DNA of 51,427 bases from Octopus sinensis. Lineage: Eukaryota. The notes under the pieces were generated by a model. It had not been told where the DNA came from. It did not search any database and worked only from the letters and a program-made list of their open reading frames with translations. Location of the stretch: contig NW_021834165.1 in assembly GCF_006345805.1 (NCBI RefSeq), forward strand, positions 1 through 51,427, in the 5' to 3' direction. The stretch's first letter is position 1. Every line of letters starts with the position of its first letter. The position numbers were made by a program, and so were the translations under genes. This document shows, piece by piece, positions 25,760 to 39,759 of the stretch.

Positions 25760-25942
25760 ACATATTTTTAACGTGTATAAAGAACCCTTGTGTTTAAGGA
25801 ACTCCCTAATTTGGAGGCTTAAAATTTGAAAAAAAAAAAGGTTTTGTAAGGGACTATAATACTATCCTTGTATAAGAAACTCCCATATTTTTTTAACCAA
25901 ATTTTTGACAAAAGCAGTTTCTTTATACACGTTAAAATACGA
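25760..25942. mobile_element. Small Tc2-type MITE remnant
   Basis: Inverted ends TATTTTTAACGTGTATAAAGAA and TTCTTTATACACGTTAAAATACG. Confidence 0.6.
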
Positions 25943-26251
25943 TATAATAATTAAAAATAGTAAGTAAAAAAACACAATTAAGGAATTACGTAATTGGGAA
26001 TTGTCTTCTCTTTGAAGTAAGTCATAAAGAGTTATTTCCCTTATCGGTAAGTACTAAAGCCTCGAGCTTTAGCTATTTCTTGTCATTCAAGTATTCACTC
26101 TATTTTATAACAGGGTAAAACACCATCTCTGTTACGATCTCTTCACAAATCAAGATTAAAATTTAATCCGGATCTATAAGCACACACACATATAAAGACA
26201 CAATATTTATTTTCAACTAATGAACTACTTAAGGCAATATGTGCGCTCCAG

Positions 26252-26820
26252 AATGCGGCGAGCTGGCAGAATCGTTAGCACGCCGGGCGAAATGCTTAGC
26301 AGTATTTCGTCTGCCGGTACGTTCTGAGTTCAAATTCCGCCGAGGTCGACTTTGCCTTTCATCCTTTCGGGGTCGATTAAATAAGTACCAGTTATGCACT
26401 GGAGTCGATACAATCGACTTAATCCGTTTGTCTGTCCTTGTTTGTCCCCTCTAAGTTTAGCCCCTTGTGGGTAGTAAAGAAATAAGAAACGTTAGCACGC
26501 CGGGCGAAATGCTTAGCGGTATTTCGTCTGCCGGTATGTTCTGAGTTCAAATCCCGCCGAGGTCGACTTTGCCTTTCATCCTTTCGGGGTCGATAAATTA
26601 AGTACCAGTTACACACTGGGGTCGATGTAATCAGCTTAATCCGTTTGTCTATCCTTGTATGTCCTCTCTGTGTTTAGCCCCTTGTGGGTAGTAAGGAAAT
26701 AGGTATTTCGTCTGTCTTTTTGTTCTGAGTTCAAATCCCGCCGAGGTCGACTTTGCCTTCATCCTTATCGACTGGCCCTCTCCCCACAAAATTTCGGGCC
26801 TTGTGCCCAGAGTAGAAAAG
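26252..26820 (+). mobile_element. Trimeric or nested SINE family A block
   Basis: Three family A cores. Flanking duplication AATATGTGCGCTC(C/T)AG at 26236 and 26821. Confidence 0.9.
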
Positions 26821-26984
26821 AATATGTGCGCTCTAGGCATCCAAGAACGTGTCTTGGTAACTGTTACTGCGGCTGAAGCGATCACATATTGCTTGGTTTT
26901 TTGTTGACATTCGGAAGCTATTGATAGTTCGAACTTTCCAAAATTAAAGAGTACAAAACCTGATATTCAGTTGTAAAGTTTTCT

Positions 26985-27280
26985 TCATGGTTTCGGTTTC
27001 TGTCCCACTGCGTGGCACCTTGGTCAAATATCTTCTGCTATAGCCTCGGGCCGATTAAAGCCCTGTGAGCGGAATTTGTAGACGGAAACTGAAAGAAGCC
27101 CATTGTACATATGTATATGTATATATCTATGTGTGTGTGTATGCGTGTGTGTGCGTGTATTTGTCCCCACCACCCGCTTGAAACCGCTGTTGGTGTGTTT
27201 ACGTCCCCGTAAACCAGCGGTTCGGCAAAACAGACCGATTGAATATGTACCTGGGGTCGATTTGTTCGACAATATCCCTT
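26985..27280 (+). mobile_element. SINE family C
   Basis: Family C core with internal (TA)/(TG) microsatellite. Confidence 0.8.
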
Positions 27281-27959
27281 TAAGACAGTCGCGGATTTTC
27301 CTGGCTAATATATGTAAATTTATATCGCGAAGTCCTCAGTATATTGCAGGTTTCTGTGGCCGATAGGTATTTATATTTTTTAGATTTTAATTATTTCAAA
27401 GTAATACAGTACAGTACTGCACTGTATATCATATTAATTAAGATATATTAAAAGAAAATATGTAGTGTACCGTAGATGAGTAAACAAAGAATCAGCCATA
27501 TTGTATGGAAAGCGAAACTCAGGAGGCGAGTGTGTGATATTGTTTTGTATTTATAATAAAATAAATATATACAAATTTAGAAGATAATTAAAAAATATAT
27601 ATACAGTACAGTATTGTTTCTACTTCGCGGATTTTCATCTATCGCGGGGTGTTTTGGAACGTAACACCCGCGATAGTCGAAGGATTACTGTATTATACTT
27701 TAAAACAACACAATAATGTAATAAGTTTTATTTTTTAGATTTTTTGTTTATTTTACAACAATATGTTGTGTAGAAAATTAATCAAATGAAACGGCAAAAA
27801 CTATTATGCTGGATTATAAGTTTTTAGAGTGTTGGATAGATTTCTTCATGGCATTCACAAGCCATTCACCGCGTTTTGTCATTGAGAAATTTCTCGCTGC
27901 TGACAAGGGTGTAAATACACCTGGATCAGTTCGCAGCATCACCTATCAAGACTGTGTGA

Positions 27960-28101
27960 TCCAGGACATGTTCCTTGGAAGCCTAGTACTTATTCTATCG
28001 GTCTATTTTGCCGAACCGCTAAATTACGGGGACGTAAACACGGCAGCATCGCTTGTCAAGCGATGTTGGGCGGACAACACAGACACACAAACATATACAC
28101 A

Positions 28102-28194
<93 letters not shown>

Positions 28195-28318
28195 ACGACT
28201 AACTTCTTTCAGTCTCCGTCTACCAAATCCACTCACAAGGCTTTGGTCGGCCCGAGGCTATAGTAGAAGACACGTGGTTCGTAAGCAAGCTACTTACCCC
28301 ATAGCCACTCCCACGCCT
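27960..28318 (-). mobile_element. SINE family C
   Basis: Reverse complement of family C with internal (CA)n(TA)n. Confidence 0.85.
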
Positions 28319-28757
28319 ATAAAATGAATAAATGAATGAATAAATAAATGAATAAATATATAAATAAATATTAAAAGTAAATAAATGGCTAGTTATGGCT
28401 ACAGGAATGCATTTGATGATAAGTTTTTCGATCAGAGAAACAACGACAACGACAACAACGAAGACGATAAGGACGACATTAACAACAACGATAATGGCAA
28501 TAACAACAATAACAGCAACAACAACAACAACACGGTAATATGAAATGAAAGAAGTAGAAATGGCCGCCAGAAGTAGTTATAAATAACTGACAAATGTTTC
28601 GTTTGACTATTGTTGAAATGAATTTTTTCTTCCAGCCAAATCTGTCACACTACACACTGGGAAATGATGAGTGGAATGAGTGCTAATGTACTAAATATTT
28701 CGAGAGCAGTAACATCGATCAATGAACAGTGTAAAACGAGAGTGATCAAGTTGTTTG

Positions 28758-28919
28758 ATGGTGGTAAGTAGCTTGCTTACGAACCACATGGTTCCGGGTT
28801 CAGTTCCAGTGCGTGGCGCTTTGGGCAAGTGTCTTCTACTATAGCCTCGGGCCGACCAAAGCGTTGTGAGTGGATTTGGCAGACGGAAAATGAAATGAAG
28901 CCCGTCGTATATATGTATG

Positions 28920-29015
<96 letters not shown>

Positions 29016-29215
29016 TGTGTGTCTGTGTTTGTCCGCCCAACATCGATTGACAACCGATGGTGGTGTGTTTACGTCCTCGTAACTTAGCGGTTCGGCAAAA
29101 GAGAGCGATAGAATAAGTACTAGGCTTACAAAGAATAATCCTGGGGTCGATTTGCTCGTCTAAAGGTGGTGCTCTAGCATGGCCGCAGTCATATGACTGA
29201 AACAAGTAAAAGAGT
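28758..29215 (+). mobile_element. SINE family C, near full length
   Basis: gtggtaagtagcttgcttac head through the ggtggtgctctagcatggccgcagtc..ctgaaacaagtaaaag tail. Confidence 0.9.
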
Positions 29216-29239
29216 ATTAACAAGGACATATACAGCTAC

Positions 29240-29874
29240 ATTACGATCTTTGTGGTTTTCATCACTCTTTACTCTTTAACTTGACTGCTTTTGATCTTCC
29301 GTGAGCAAGCGAGGCACAAATTTTGCTGCAACTCTTTTTATTCGCAGCCCCTCGCTCAAAATTCGTTGGCAGTAGCTCCTGGACACACCAATCATATCAA
29401 CAAGTTTGTCAATTTTTTTTCAGTGACGTTCTTCTAAAATCCGTTCATGAATTTTCAATTTTTTGTTTCGTTCGGGAGGTCGACGGTCTATATGAGCAAG
29501 ATTGGTCTTCAAGCGACAAAGGACCATTTCTAAAACGTGGAAAACCACTCATAAACTTGTGTTTTGCTCATGAAAGCAGCCTTGTAAGCTGTTTGAAGCA
29601 CGATAACTATTTCGGCCGCCGTTTTCCCCAGCAGAAAACAGAGTGTCACAGAAGCACGCTCTTCTTTCTTTTCAGTCATCGCCAAAATCGACGAACGAGG
29701 GAGAAGCACTGCAAAACAAAGACGCACAACATGGCAGTACGACTCCAAAGGACGACATCGGTCGGCAGACTGATGCCTGAGAGTTGCATCAAGTGGTTTC
29801 TAGCGGTTGAAGCCCGAACTACAACGGGCTTGTGCTATAGAGAATGTTTCCGGCTACTTTTGGGTACCCCCTCG
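29240..29874 (-). mobile_element. Mariner transposon 5' fragment (TIR plus HTH region), pseudogenised
   Basis: TA|CGAGGGGGTACCCAAAAGTA terminus. Reads MTEKKEERASVTLCFLLGKTAAEIVIVLQTAYKAAFMSKTQVYEWFSTF then a stop. Confidence 0.85.
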
Positions 29875-30974
29875 TAATGCAATAAGTTATTCCCAGATGA
29901 TCCGTTCTGTTTGGGCATATAGATACACTTCAAACGCCTGTTACAGGGCTTCAAACAATCATAATGGTGAAACACATGTAGGATCTTTAATATAAACTTG
30001 TGTTTATCCTTATTTCATATATATATATATATATTTCCTTAGCCCCTGATAGGTTTGTAGAGGTGGCTGGGTGACTTACAGCTTGTCTTTGATATTTTAA
30101 AATCTAACGGAGCCCATCTTTCCCCTGGTCTGATCACTGTCAAATTCTTTTCAAGAAAGAGAGAAATAGAAACGATGAAAAGAGAAGAGAGAGAGAAGAG
30201 AGTGAGTGATAGAGGGAGAGAAAAGCAGGAGATGTAGAGAGGCAGACGAAAAATAAGAAATAGCGACCGTAAAATGAAAAGTAGTGGGGGTTATCAATAC
30301 AGATATGTCAGTGAACAGCTGTAATTTCTGCCCTGGGCAGTTGGCCTTGATGTAAAAGATAGATAGATAAATAAATAAATAACAAAGACAGGCTGACAGA
30401 CAGAAAAAACAGGTCGACCATAAGTACATACCATAAGCCATACACTGACTTTTTGTTTTTGCAACTGTAGAAACTCTTTGTAAGGAAATTTTCTCTTTAC
30501 AGAAATGTTCAGTATATACTGCCGTGTTTCTGTATAACTGAAATTCTTCGAAGATTATATATCAAAACCTCATGGTTGACTATTGGGTATATAACGATAC
30601 TTAACGAAACTTATTACACTCATTGATTTCTAGATGGAAGATGACTTTTAAAGAAAAATAATTTTGTCAGTGAACAGGTCGCGGTCTCAAAGTGACGAAA
30701 ACATTTTGGCAAATTAAATTTAAATGTTGAAGTGAATCTAACGGTTTTCGTGTGTTTTTAAATGGCTTAATAAACACCTTTCACGGTGCAATTGTTTTTG
30801 TTTCAGTACACGATCTCAATCAGGTAACTTGCTATGCAAGTACATCTCCGTAAAATATTTTTTTGTTTTTCGTATATATATGTAAGTATGTGTGTGCGTG
30901 TGCGTGTGTTTGGGTGTGGGTGTGTGTATACCATATATCTGTGGGTGGGTGTGTGTGTATATACATATATACAG

Positions 30975-31192
30975 CTGTGTGGTAAGTAGCTTGCTTATCA
31001 ATCACTGCGTAGCATATTGGGTGTCTTCTACCATAGTCTGGGGCCGACCAAGCCTTGTGAGTGAATTTGGTAGACGGAAACTGGAAGAAGCCCGTCGTAT
31101 ATGTATGTATATATATATATATTATATATATATATATATAATATATATATATTATATATATATATACATATATATTATATATATATATATAT

Positions 31193-31227
<35 letters not shown>

Positions 31228-31445
31228 ATGTTTGAGTGCCTGTGTTTGTCACCCCCACCACAATCGCTTGACAAGCAATATTCGTTTGTTTACATGTCCG
31301 TAACTTAGAGATTCGTCAAAAGAGACTGATAGAACTGGTACTAGGCTTACAAAGAATAAATAAGTCCTGGGGTCAATTTGTTCGATTTGTTCGACTAAAG
31401 GCGGTGCTCCAGCATGGCCGCAGTCAAATGACTGAAACAAACAAA
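30975..31445 (+). mobile_element. SINE family C
   Basis: Head, internal microsatellite and tail all present. Confidence 0.85.
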
Positions 31446-31460
31446 ACAATATATATATAT

Positions 31461-32569
31461 AGTTACGAGAGGATCTCCGATTCGAACTGTTACGGAATCC
31501 CTCACACAGGCAGGCCCGTTCGATGCAGCGAATGTTTTCGCCACGGAAACTCGGCGGAGAGGAGAGAGATACAACAACAACAGCAGCAGCAGCACAGAGG
31601 CAACCGAGAGAGACACAACGAGACACACAATTGGCTTACATTTAACAACTAGTTTATATGACAATCAATTGTTACAACATCAATTACATTTAAAGATACA
31701 TCAGGTAAATACAAGCAAGTAACAGAATCAACACATCATACAGGTATACCACAGATCAAAGCATTTAAACATGCAGATACAATATAACCGTCCGGTAACA
31801 ACACATCAAGTTCAATACATCAGCATTTCAAGAGTACACGTCTGAAGACACAGTTCTATTTCAAAACACATTAAAGACATATACAGTTCGAAGGACATTA
31901 AAGGCCTAACAGTTCAATGTTCATTATACAATGTTCAAATCACAACATGTACACAATGTCCTACACATTCACATGTTCATTAAATCCTTTTACTGTCTCA
32001 TTTCTTTTCACTGTTCAATACATCGATTCCTTGTCCTTCTTTTTCTTCACATATCAATACACAATTCACGTACCTTACATTAGCCAACGCCTCATATTGT
32101 ACCTCATCTCTCTCAATACTGCTAGCTCCAACTTGCCAAACTCTTGCCCCGAATTCCCAAATCCTTGCTCCTAAAATCCCAACTGCTCGCTTTGACGACC
32201 AAAATCCGACTGTTGCTCTATCAATCTGTCTTAGCACTGCTAACACTTTCTATATCTGCTCTCAGCCCTATCTGCCTATCTTTATCGGCGCTGCTGCTGT
32301 CATTCTCTCATGACAGCTCTCAGATCCCTTACTCTGTCTTTCTCACTACTTTCTTCTTCCTCTTCTTCACTGTCACTAGATTCTTCCTTACTCTATCTTC
32401 CTCGGCCCTCACATCTCTCTGACTCCTAATCGACCGGCACAAGGCCAAAGGTCCCTCCAAAAGCCATTAGTCTTCCGTAAAGAAAGGGCTGTAACTTTTT
32501 ATTCCAGACTTTCCGGCTCCACTCTCAACAAAGTAGGTCAAGAAATACTGTACCAGCCGAACCACAACA
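31461..32569 (-). mobile_element. Probable solo LTR (~1.1 kb) inserted in (TA)n
   Basis: Sharp boundaries within TA runs. Minus strand begins TGTTGTGG and ends CGTAACT. Non-coding with strong strand skew. Confidence 0.45.
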
Positions 32570-33756
32570 ATATATATATATATATATTATGCTCTTAGCT
32601 TAGTTTTACCTTGGGGCTGGCCAGATTGGAGCAATCTCGAGTATAACCAGCCGAAATTGCAAAGATAATCTGGAACTCGACTGAGGAAAGAAAACTCTGA
32701 ATGACCTGTCCTTGTCTTTTTTTGTATTGTCTATCTGGATGTTTTGTTGTCCCTTTCTTGTATCACCTAACTGTCTGGATGTTTTGCGTTCTTGTCCCAT
32801 TTTGTATTATATATATATATATATATACATGTGTGTGTGTGGTGTGTGTGTTGCGATAAAGTTTATGACTATATAAATGAACCTTTGTTTACGATTAATG
32901 GCATTTAAATTTAGACATCTCGTTTAAGTTTACGTTATTTACATCACGTCACAAGGACTGGATCGCTAGAATCACTGACGAAAATCTCTTGCACTATCTA
33001 GTTATGGTTCTTTATTTTATGGTTAAATACTGCTTTCGTCCTGCTCCTTCTAAATAAAATAAGCCAAGTACTGGTGTAGATTCAACCGATCATACTTGTC
33101 ACAAAAAATTGTATGATTTAGCGCCAGTGTTAGAAACTGTTTATAACTCATTTAAAACCTGTCTTGAACTTACATTTCTTTAATCCACAGCTTATTGCGG
33201 TTTCTCAGCCGTATAAGCGACTGAGAGCCCAATAATCTTCCCAGTACGAGACGCTTGTTTGTTTTAGGATTAAGCGTCAACTGCTGTTAGTACTTATATA
33301 GTACTTATATATTTTCAGTTTAGTGGATTAAGCTTTGCTTATCTTTGCTTACCTTTGTCATGTGCCTTAGGATTCATAAGGCCAAACATAACCTGGTTTT
33401 TCCCCAATCCTGGATGGGACGCTGATCCGTTGCATGGTTAAGCACACAGCTATTGATGGACCTCACTTACAGCTGAGTGGACTGGAGCAATGTGGAAGTA
33501 AGTGTTTTCTTAAATTCTACCGAGGTCGACTTTACATTTAATCCTTTCGGGATCGATAAAATAAGTACTAGTTACGCACTGGGATCGATATAATCGACTA
33601 GTTTATCCCCCAAATTTTAAGCCTTTTACCTACTTACCTACTGTAGGTAAGATTACTGAAAGTTCAAAGGAACGAACGTCTATGTCAGAGATCAGGAAAA
33701 ATAGTAATTTCTGTAGGATTATTCAATAGAAAAAGCCATTTTCTTTATTCCAGTTT

Positions 33757-34130
33757 GGTGCTGTGGCCCAGTGGTTAGGACAGCGGACACGTGGTCGGAG
33801 GATCGCGGTTTCGATTCCCAGACCGACGTTGTGAGTGTTTATTGAGCGAAAACACATGAAGCTCCACGCGGTTCCGGCAGGGGGTGGTGGAGAACCCTGT
33901 TGTACTCTTTCACCACAACTTTCTCTCACTCTTTCTTCCTGTTTCTGTTGTACCTGAATTTCAAAGAGCCAGCCTTGTCACACTCTGTGTCACGCTGAAA
34001 CTCCCCGAGAACTACGTTAACGGAAGTCGTGTCTGTGGAGTGCTCAGCCACTTGCACGTTATTTTCACGAGCAGGTTGTTCAGTTGATCGGATCAACTGG
34101 AACCCTCATCGTCGTAACCGACGGAGTGCT
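33757..34130 (+). mobile_element. SINE family B
   Basis: Same sequence as 5034-5413. Confidence 0.9.
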
Positions 34131-34214
34131 ACGATGACTCTACTACGTGTTGTAGCAAAAATGGTTTATCTCTTAGCTGTTTAATTATTCAAATAGTTTA
34201 CTTATTTAAACTTT

Positions 34215-34419
34215 TTTGCTTGTTTCAGTCATTTGACTGCCGCCATGCTGGAGCACCGCCATTAGTCGACCAAATCTACCCCAGGACTTATTCTTTGTAA
34301 GCCTGGTACTTATTCTGTCGATCTTCTTTTGCCGAAGTTACGGGACGTAAGTACACCACCATCGGTTGTCAAGCGATGTTGGGGGGACAAACAGACACAC
34401 AAATACACACACACACACA

Positions 34420-34503
<84 letters not shown>

Positions 34504-34676
34504 CATATATACGACGGGCTTCTTTCAGTTTCCGTCTACCAAATCCACTCACAAGGCTTTGGTCGGCCCGAGTCTATAGTAGAAGACACTTGCTCAAGAT
34601 GCCACGCAGTGGGACTGAACGCGGAACCATGTGGTTGGCAAGCAAACTACTTACCACACAGCCACTCATGCGCCTA
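34215..34676 (-). mobile_element. SINE family C, full length
   Basis: Reverse complement of 28758-29215. Confidence 0.9.
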
Positions 34677-35109
34677 TGTTTATATATTTGTGGCAAGCAA
34701 CCACTCGCAATGTTTACACGCGTTTAAAGACGACCGCTTCAGAAATAACAGGAAGAGATGCTTGCTACATGTTGGCATTTGCTCCTGAATAGCGTAGACA
34801 AGCATACTCATAAATTAATTTCAAGTGTAAAATGAAAAAAAAAAAGTTTAGGACGGAAACAGACATTGAAGAAACATCAAGTATTATCAAGGGAAGAGAT
34901 ATGTAAATGGTGCTGAAACTGTTAATTTGAATGGGGAAAACAGTAAGAATGACAACAACATCGCGACCAAACGACAATAATTTTTCTTTTGGAAGCGTTG
35001 CACATCACAAAGAGTTCCTTGACATGAGCCAGCCTGGGGAAATGTGTAGGTATGAACGAGGCATGTCACAAAAATCAGTGCACTATTTGCTCTTGCTTAT
35101 CACAGGAGC

Positions 35110-35616
35110 AGTGTGTGTGTGTGTGCCTCTGTGTGTGCGTGTATGTGTATGTATGTGTATGTGTGTGTGTACGTGTGTGTGTACGTTTGTGCGCGTGTGT
35201 ATGTACGTGTGTGCGTGCGTTTTTCTGCGTGCGTGTGCGTGCGTATGTGTGTGTGTGTGTGCGTGTGTACGTACGTGTGTGCGTGCGTGTGCGTATGTGT
35301 TTGTGCGTACGTGTGTGTATGTGCGTGCGTGTGCGTGTACATCACCTACATCACAAGCACCACTAGCACCAATAGCACCACCAGCAACACTAGCACCCCC
35401 AACATCACCACCACTAGCACCACCAGCACCACCAACACCATTACTATCACCATCACCACAAGCACCGCAAGCAACAGCAGCACCACTAGCACCACCAACA
35501 CCACAAGCACCACTAGCACCACCACTACCACAAGTAACACTAGCAACACCAGCACCAATAGCATCACTAGCACCACCAGTACCAGTAGCACCACCAGCAC
35601 CACTATCACCACCATT
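35110..35616. repeat. (GT/GC)n microsatellite followed by a degenerate 9 bp ACCACTAGC-type tandem repeat
   Basis: Direct reading. Followed by a family C tail at 35617-35730. Confidence 0.85.
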
Positions 35617-35866
35617 GGGCTAACAAAGAATAAGTATGGGGTCGATTTCTTCGACTAAAAACCCTTTAAGGTGGTGCTCCAGTACGGCCGCAGTCAAATG
35701 ACTGAAACAAGTAAAAGAATAAAAGAATAAATGAATATACATGATAGATCGCCAGCCACTAGCAACGTTAAAGACTTTTTCACTTCCCGATCGTTAAACT
35801 AATACATCTATTTGTTGTCTACACCACCTGTCTTCGTCTTTTGTTTTTAGCGAATTCTCCCTATAC

Positions 35867-35929
<63 letters not shown>

Positions 35930-35985
35930 CTTACACAAACACACACATAGTATTTATATATGCGAGTATATATAATATATATATA

Positions 35986-36024
<39 letters not shown>

Positions 36025-36887
36025 ATATATGTATATATATATGTATATATATATATATAGGTAATTATGTAATGATATATATATGTATATATATGTATAT
36101 ATATATGTATATATGTATATTTATGTGTATATTATATGTATATATAATATGATATATAATATATAAATATATATATGTATATATATATCTATTATATATG
36201 ATATATATATATATGTATGTATATATATATATTGTATATGATCTATATATATTATATATATATAGATATATATATATAATATATATATATATGTATGTGC
36301 ATGTATGCTTATGTATAGGCGTATGTGTGTTTGTGTACGCGGGTGGGCAGTTGAAATGTATACCAGGAGAGCGTTCGTATCCGCTTGTGTAGAGTGTGCG
36401 CAAGACATGATCAATCAAACCTCACGTAACTTATATTGCCGTTCATAAATATGTAAATGAATTTGTGAATTATCGAATAGAATTTTGATTAAATAGACAA
36501 TGCGAGAAGAGATAAGAAGTTAATAAGCTTCATTCAGCTATTCATAAACACTGCTTCATCAAAGGCGAGTAATCTCCTTGTTAGCTTTATATGCGTCTTA
36601 ATAATGTTGTCATTTGATAGTGACTTACAGTGGAAGCACTTCAGCTTGATCTCAAATTCATTGACACGTGTCCGTGTCTATGTGTGTGTGCGTGCTTTGT
36701 ATAATCATATAAATGCGCGCGCGCACACACATATACACATACAAGCATAGGTACGCGCTCTGCACACACTATTCAATCGTTATCAATATCACTGTAGTAT
36801 ATATATATATATATATATATATAAATATATCCTTAAATCATTAACATGTTTTAGGCCGATGGCCACGGCCATGCTGGAGCACCACTG

Positions 36888-36923
<36 letters not shown>

Positions 36924-36929
36924 TGATCA

Positions 36930-37205
36930 GCGACCGACTCACCGACTAGGTTATCAGATGCGCTTCTCATTGTTTTAGCCTTCAAATGACGCCACCCCGC
37001 TGGCTAAGCGAGCAGGGCAACAGAAGAAAGAGTGGGAGAAAGAGTGGTGAAAGAGTACAGCAAGGATCACTACCCCTTGCCGGAGCCTCGTGGAGCTTTT
37101 AGGTGTTTTCGCTCAATAAACACTCACAACGCCCGGTCGGGGAATCTAAACCGCGATCCTACGACCGTGAGTCCGCTGCCCTAACCGCTGGACCATTGCG
37201 CCTCC
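36930..37205 (-). mobile_element. SINE with a family B head and an alternative tail
   Basis: Reverse complement of ggaggcgcaatggtccagcggttagggcagcggactc. Confidence 0.8.
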
Positions 37206-37442
37206 GTATATATATTTGTTTTGCAAGATTCTTGATGTGAAATCATGTGTTGAAACAGATATTGTTGTATTTAGGGATGGCCATGTTGCCAGTTTAGCCA
37301 ATAAAAACACGCACTATATATTTGGTGTTAATTTGCTTCAGCTTTGTTTATTTTTTACATTAATCTTATATAATATCCTACTGTGATATTGTAACGATAT
37401 TATATAATTATCGATATATATAATATATATTATATATATATA

Positions 37443-37474
<32 letters not shown>

Positions 37475-37544
37475 CCATTGTGCTAGAAATAGGAGTTAAA
37501 AATCCTCAGAGCCACAAAAAGCTCGTTTTCATATACTGACAGGG

Positions 37545-37567
37545 TATAGATAGATAGACAGATAGAC

Positions 37568-37640
<73 letters not shown>

Positions 37641-37685
37641 GATAGATAGATAGATAAATAGACAGATAGACATATAGATAGATAA

Positions 37686-37718
<33 letters not shown>

Positions 37719-37757
37719 CAGATAGACAGACATATAGATGGATAGACAGACAGACAG
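37545..37757. repeat. (GATA/GACA)n microsatellite
   Basis: Direct reading. Confidence 0.95.
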
Positions 37758-38350
37758 TGGAGGCACGTGGCTTGGTAGTAAGGGTCTTGGACTTATGATC
37801 ATAAGATTGTGGTTTCGATTCGTGGACTGGGGGACACGTTACGTTCTTGAGCAAAACACTCCATTTCACGTTGCTCCAGTCTATCCAGGTGGCAAACATG
37901 AGGAATCCAACGACGCACCTGTATCCCATCTAAGTGGGATTAAATACGCCTGTGAATCCGGGGAATCGGCGCTATGTGTCATGTACGTATAGGACTCGGA
38001 AAGATCTTTATCCTTTACATCTCTCCACCACATATATATGGTGAAAGCGCATGGCTCAGTGGTTAGAGGGTCGAGCTTACGATCCTGATGTTGTGAGTTC
38101 GAATCCCGGGCCGCGCTACGTATTGTGTTCTTGAACAAGACACTTTATTTCACCTTGTTCCAGTTCACTGGTGTCAAGCTGTATCAGCCTTTGCCTTTCC
38201 CTTGGATAACATCGGTGGCGTGGAGAGGTGAGGCTGGTATGCATGGGTCACTGCTGGTCTTCCATAAAAACAACCTTGCCCGGACTTGTGCTTGGGAGGG
38301 TAACTTTCTAGGTGCAGCCCCATGGTCAGTCATGACCAAAGGGGGTCTCA
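37758..38350 (+). mobile_element. Two tRNA-derived SINE copies (about 37758-37900 and 38040-38350)
   Basis: tggctcagtggttagag..gagttcgaatccc head and cttgaacaagacact core. Confidence 0.7.
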
Positions 38351-39678
38351 GCATATAAAACTTACCTGGAAAAGGATGCGTGACGTTCAATCATATAATA
38401 ATATAAATAATATATAATTATATGCATGTATACATAGACATATGTACATACCTACATATATATGTATATATACATGCATATATGGGTAGAGGACATCAAA
38501 AACACGTGGACACAATGAGGAACAAAAACATAAAAACAAAAACATAGAAAACGAACTTTTTTCGAACAACGAGAAAAAAAAGAACAAACAGAGAACCGAG
38601 ACATGCAACATAAAGAACTTTTCCTTCATCAGATGTCCCTGTTTCATCTACTCCGCGTTCGAACACATCCTATCAGAAGGATCGCCACCTTTGTCACGGT
38701 TGAATTGCTTGCGTGTTTCTATGATTCAGAGGGCAATGCTGGTGAGAGATTAGGCTCTTGACAGGGTCACTCATACCAGACTGACAGAAGAGTAGGCTCC
38801 AGATGATGGATCCATCTTCACTCGAACCTAACGAGGTGAACTCGAGGCTAACAATCGGAAACCGCAATTTTTACAGAAACTATTCCAACTATTTTGCGGC
38901 CCTGTACTCCTGTACTCCTTACAGAATATTGTGAACTAACCAACTACATATACGCACACGGATATATTTCAAGCACTCAATGTAACATACAAATTTCTGT
39001 GTAATCATGTTAAATTGTAAACTTCATCATTTAACTGTTACTTTGGCTTTTAACCTTAGCTGACTGTATGTACAAAAAAATATCTATCGCAAGTCATAAT
39101 ACAAAGTATTCGAGCTAAATTCGACAGTTTTTATGCTCTTTTTTTTTCAGAAACAACTTGATGTATTGATGAACAGCCAACGGCTTTGGAGACAATAATG
39201 GGATATTATATTTTCCTTTTCCTTTCATGCTTACTGCCAAATTTAGCCGGAACACCTTGTAGAGTGCACGAAATAAAATTACGTAGGAAAATATTAACTG
39301 TCAACATTACAATTTTATATACAAACATGAAGAGAATTACTGTACAGGTTTTATCAGTACAAAGATGAATGACACGCAAAATAAATCATAAAATCTGGTG
39401 GGACGTCACTGTTTTATAATTTTAAAATTTATCGTGGACGTATTTATTAGTGATAACTATATCCTCATGACATTTTGCGACCTGCTATGATTTTGTTATT
39501 GCCAGCACCTCATTCTGATGAAGAGGCTGACAAACTCTTAAAACATCAACGGACTAATGGGTTTAGGAATGTTTCTGTTTTATACTAATATAAAGGGATA
39601 ATAAAAGACATATAAAAATCTTTAATAAAAAGCATCAAAAAGTGTAAACTAACGACAGTTTATATATAGGTATGTATA

Positions 39679-39728
<50 letters not shown>

Positions 39729-39759
39729 CTATATATATATATATATATATATATCCTTC

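Larger units (their letters stand above)
25049..27690. mobile_element. Tigger/pogo-like TIR pair bracketing 2.6 kb of mixed repeats
   Basis: TA|CAGTAATCCCTCGACTATTGCGGGTGTT at 25049 and AACACCCGCGATAGTCGAAGGATTACTG|TA ending at 27690. Confidence 0.6.

Noticed and set aside
29323-29877. 184 aa plus-strand ORF
   Set aside because: Antisense to the mariner transposase remnant.
34931-35658. Pro/Ala-rich and Thr/Ser-rich (mucin- or extensin-like) ORFs
   Set aside because: They arise from a 9 bp degenerate tandem repeat between a GT microsatellite and a SINE tail. The repeat is open in several frames and I see no supporting splice sites.
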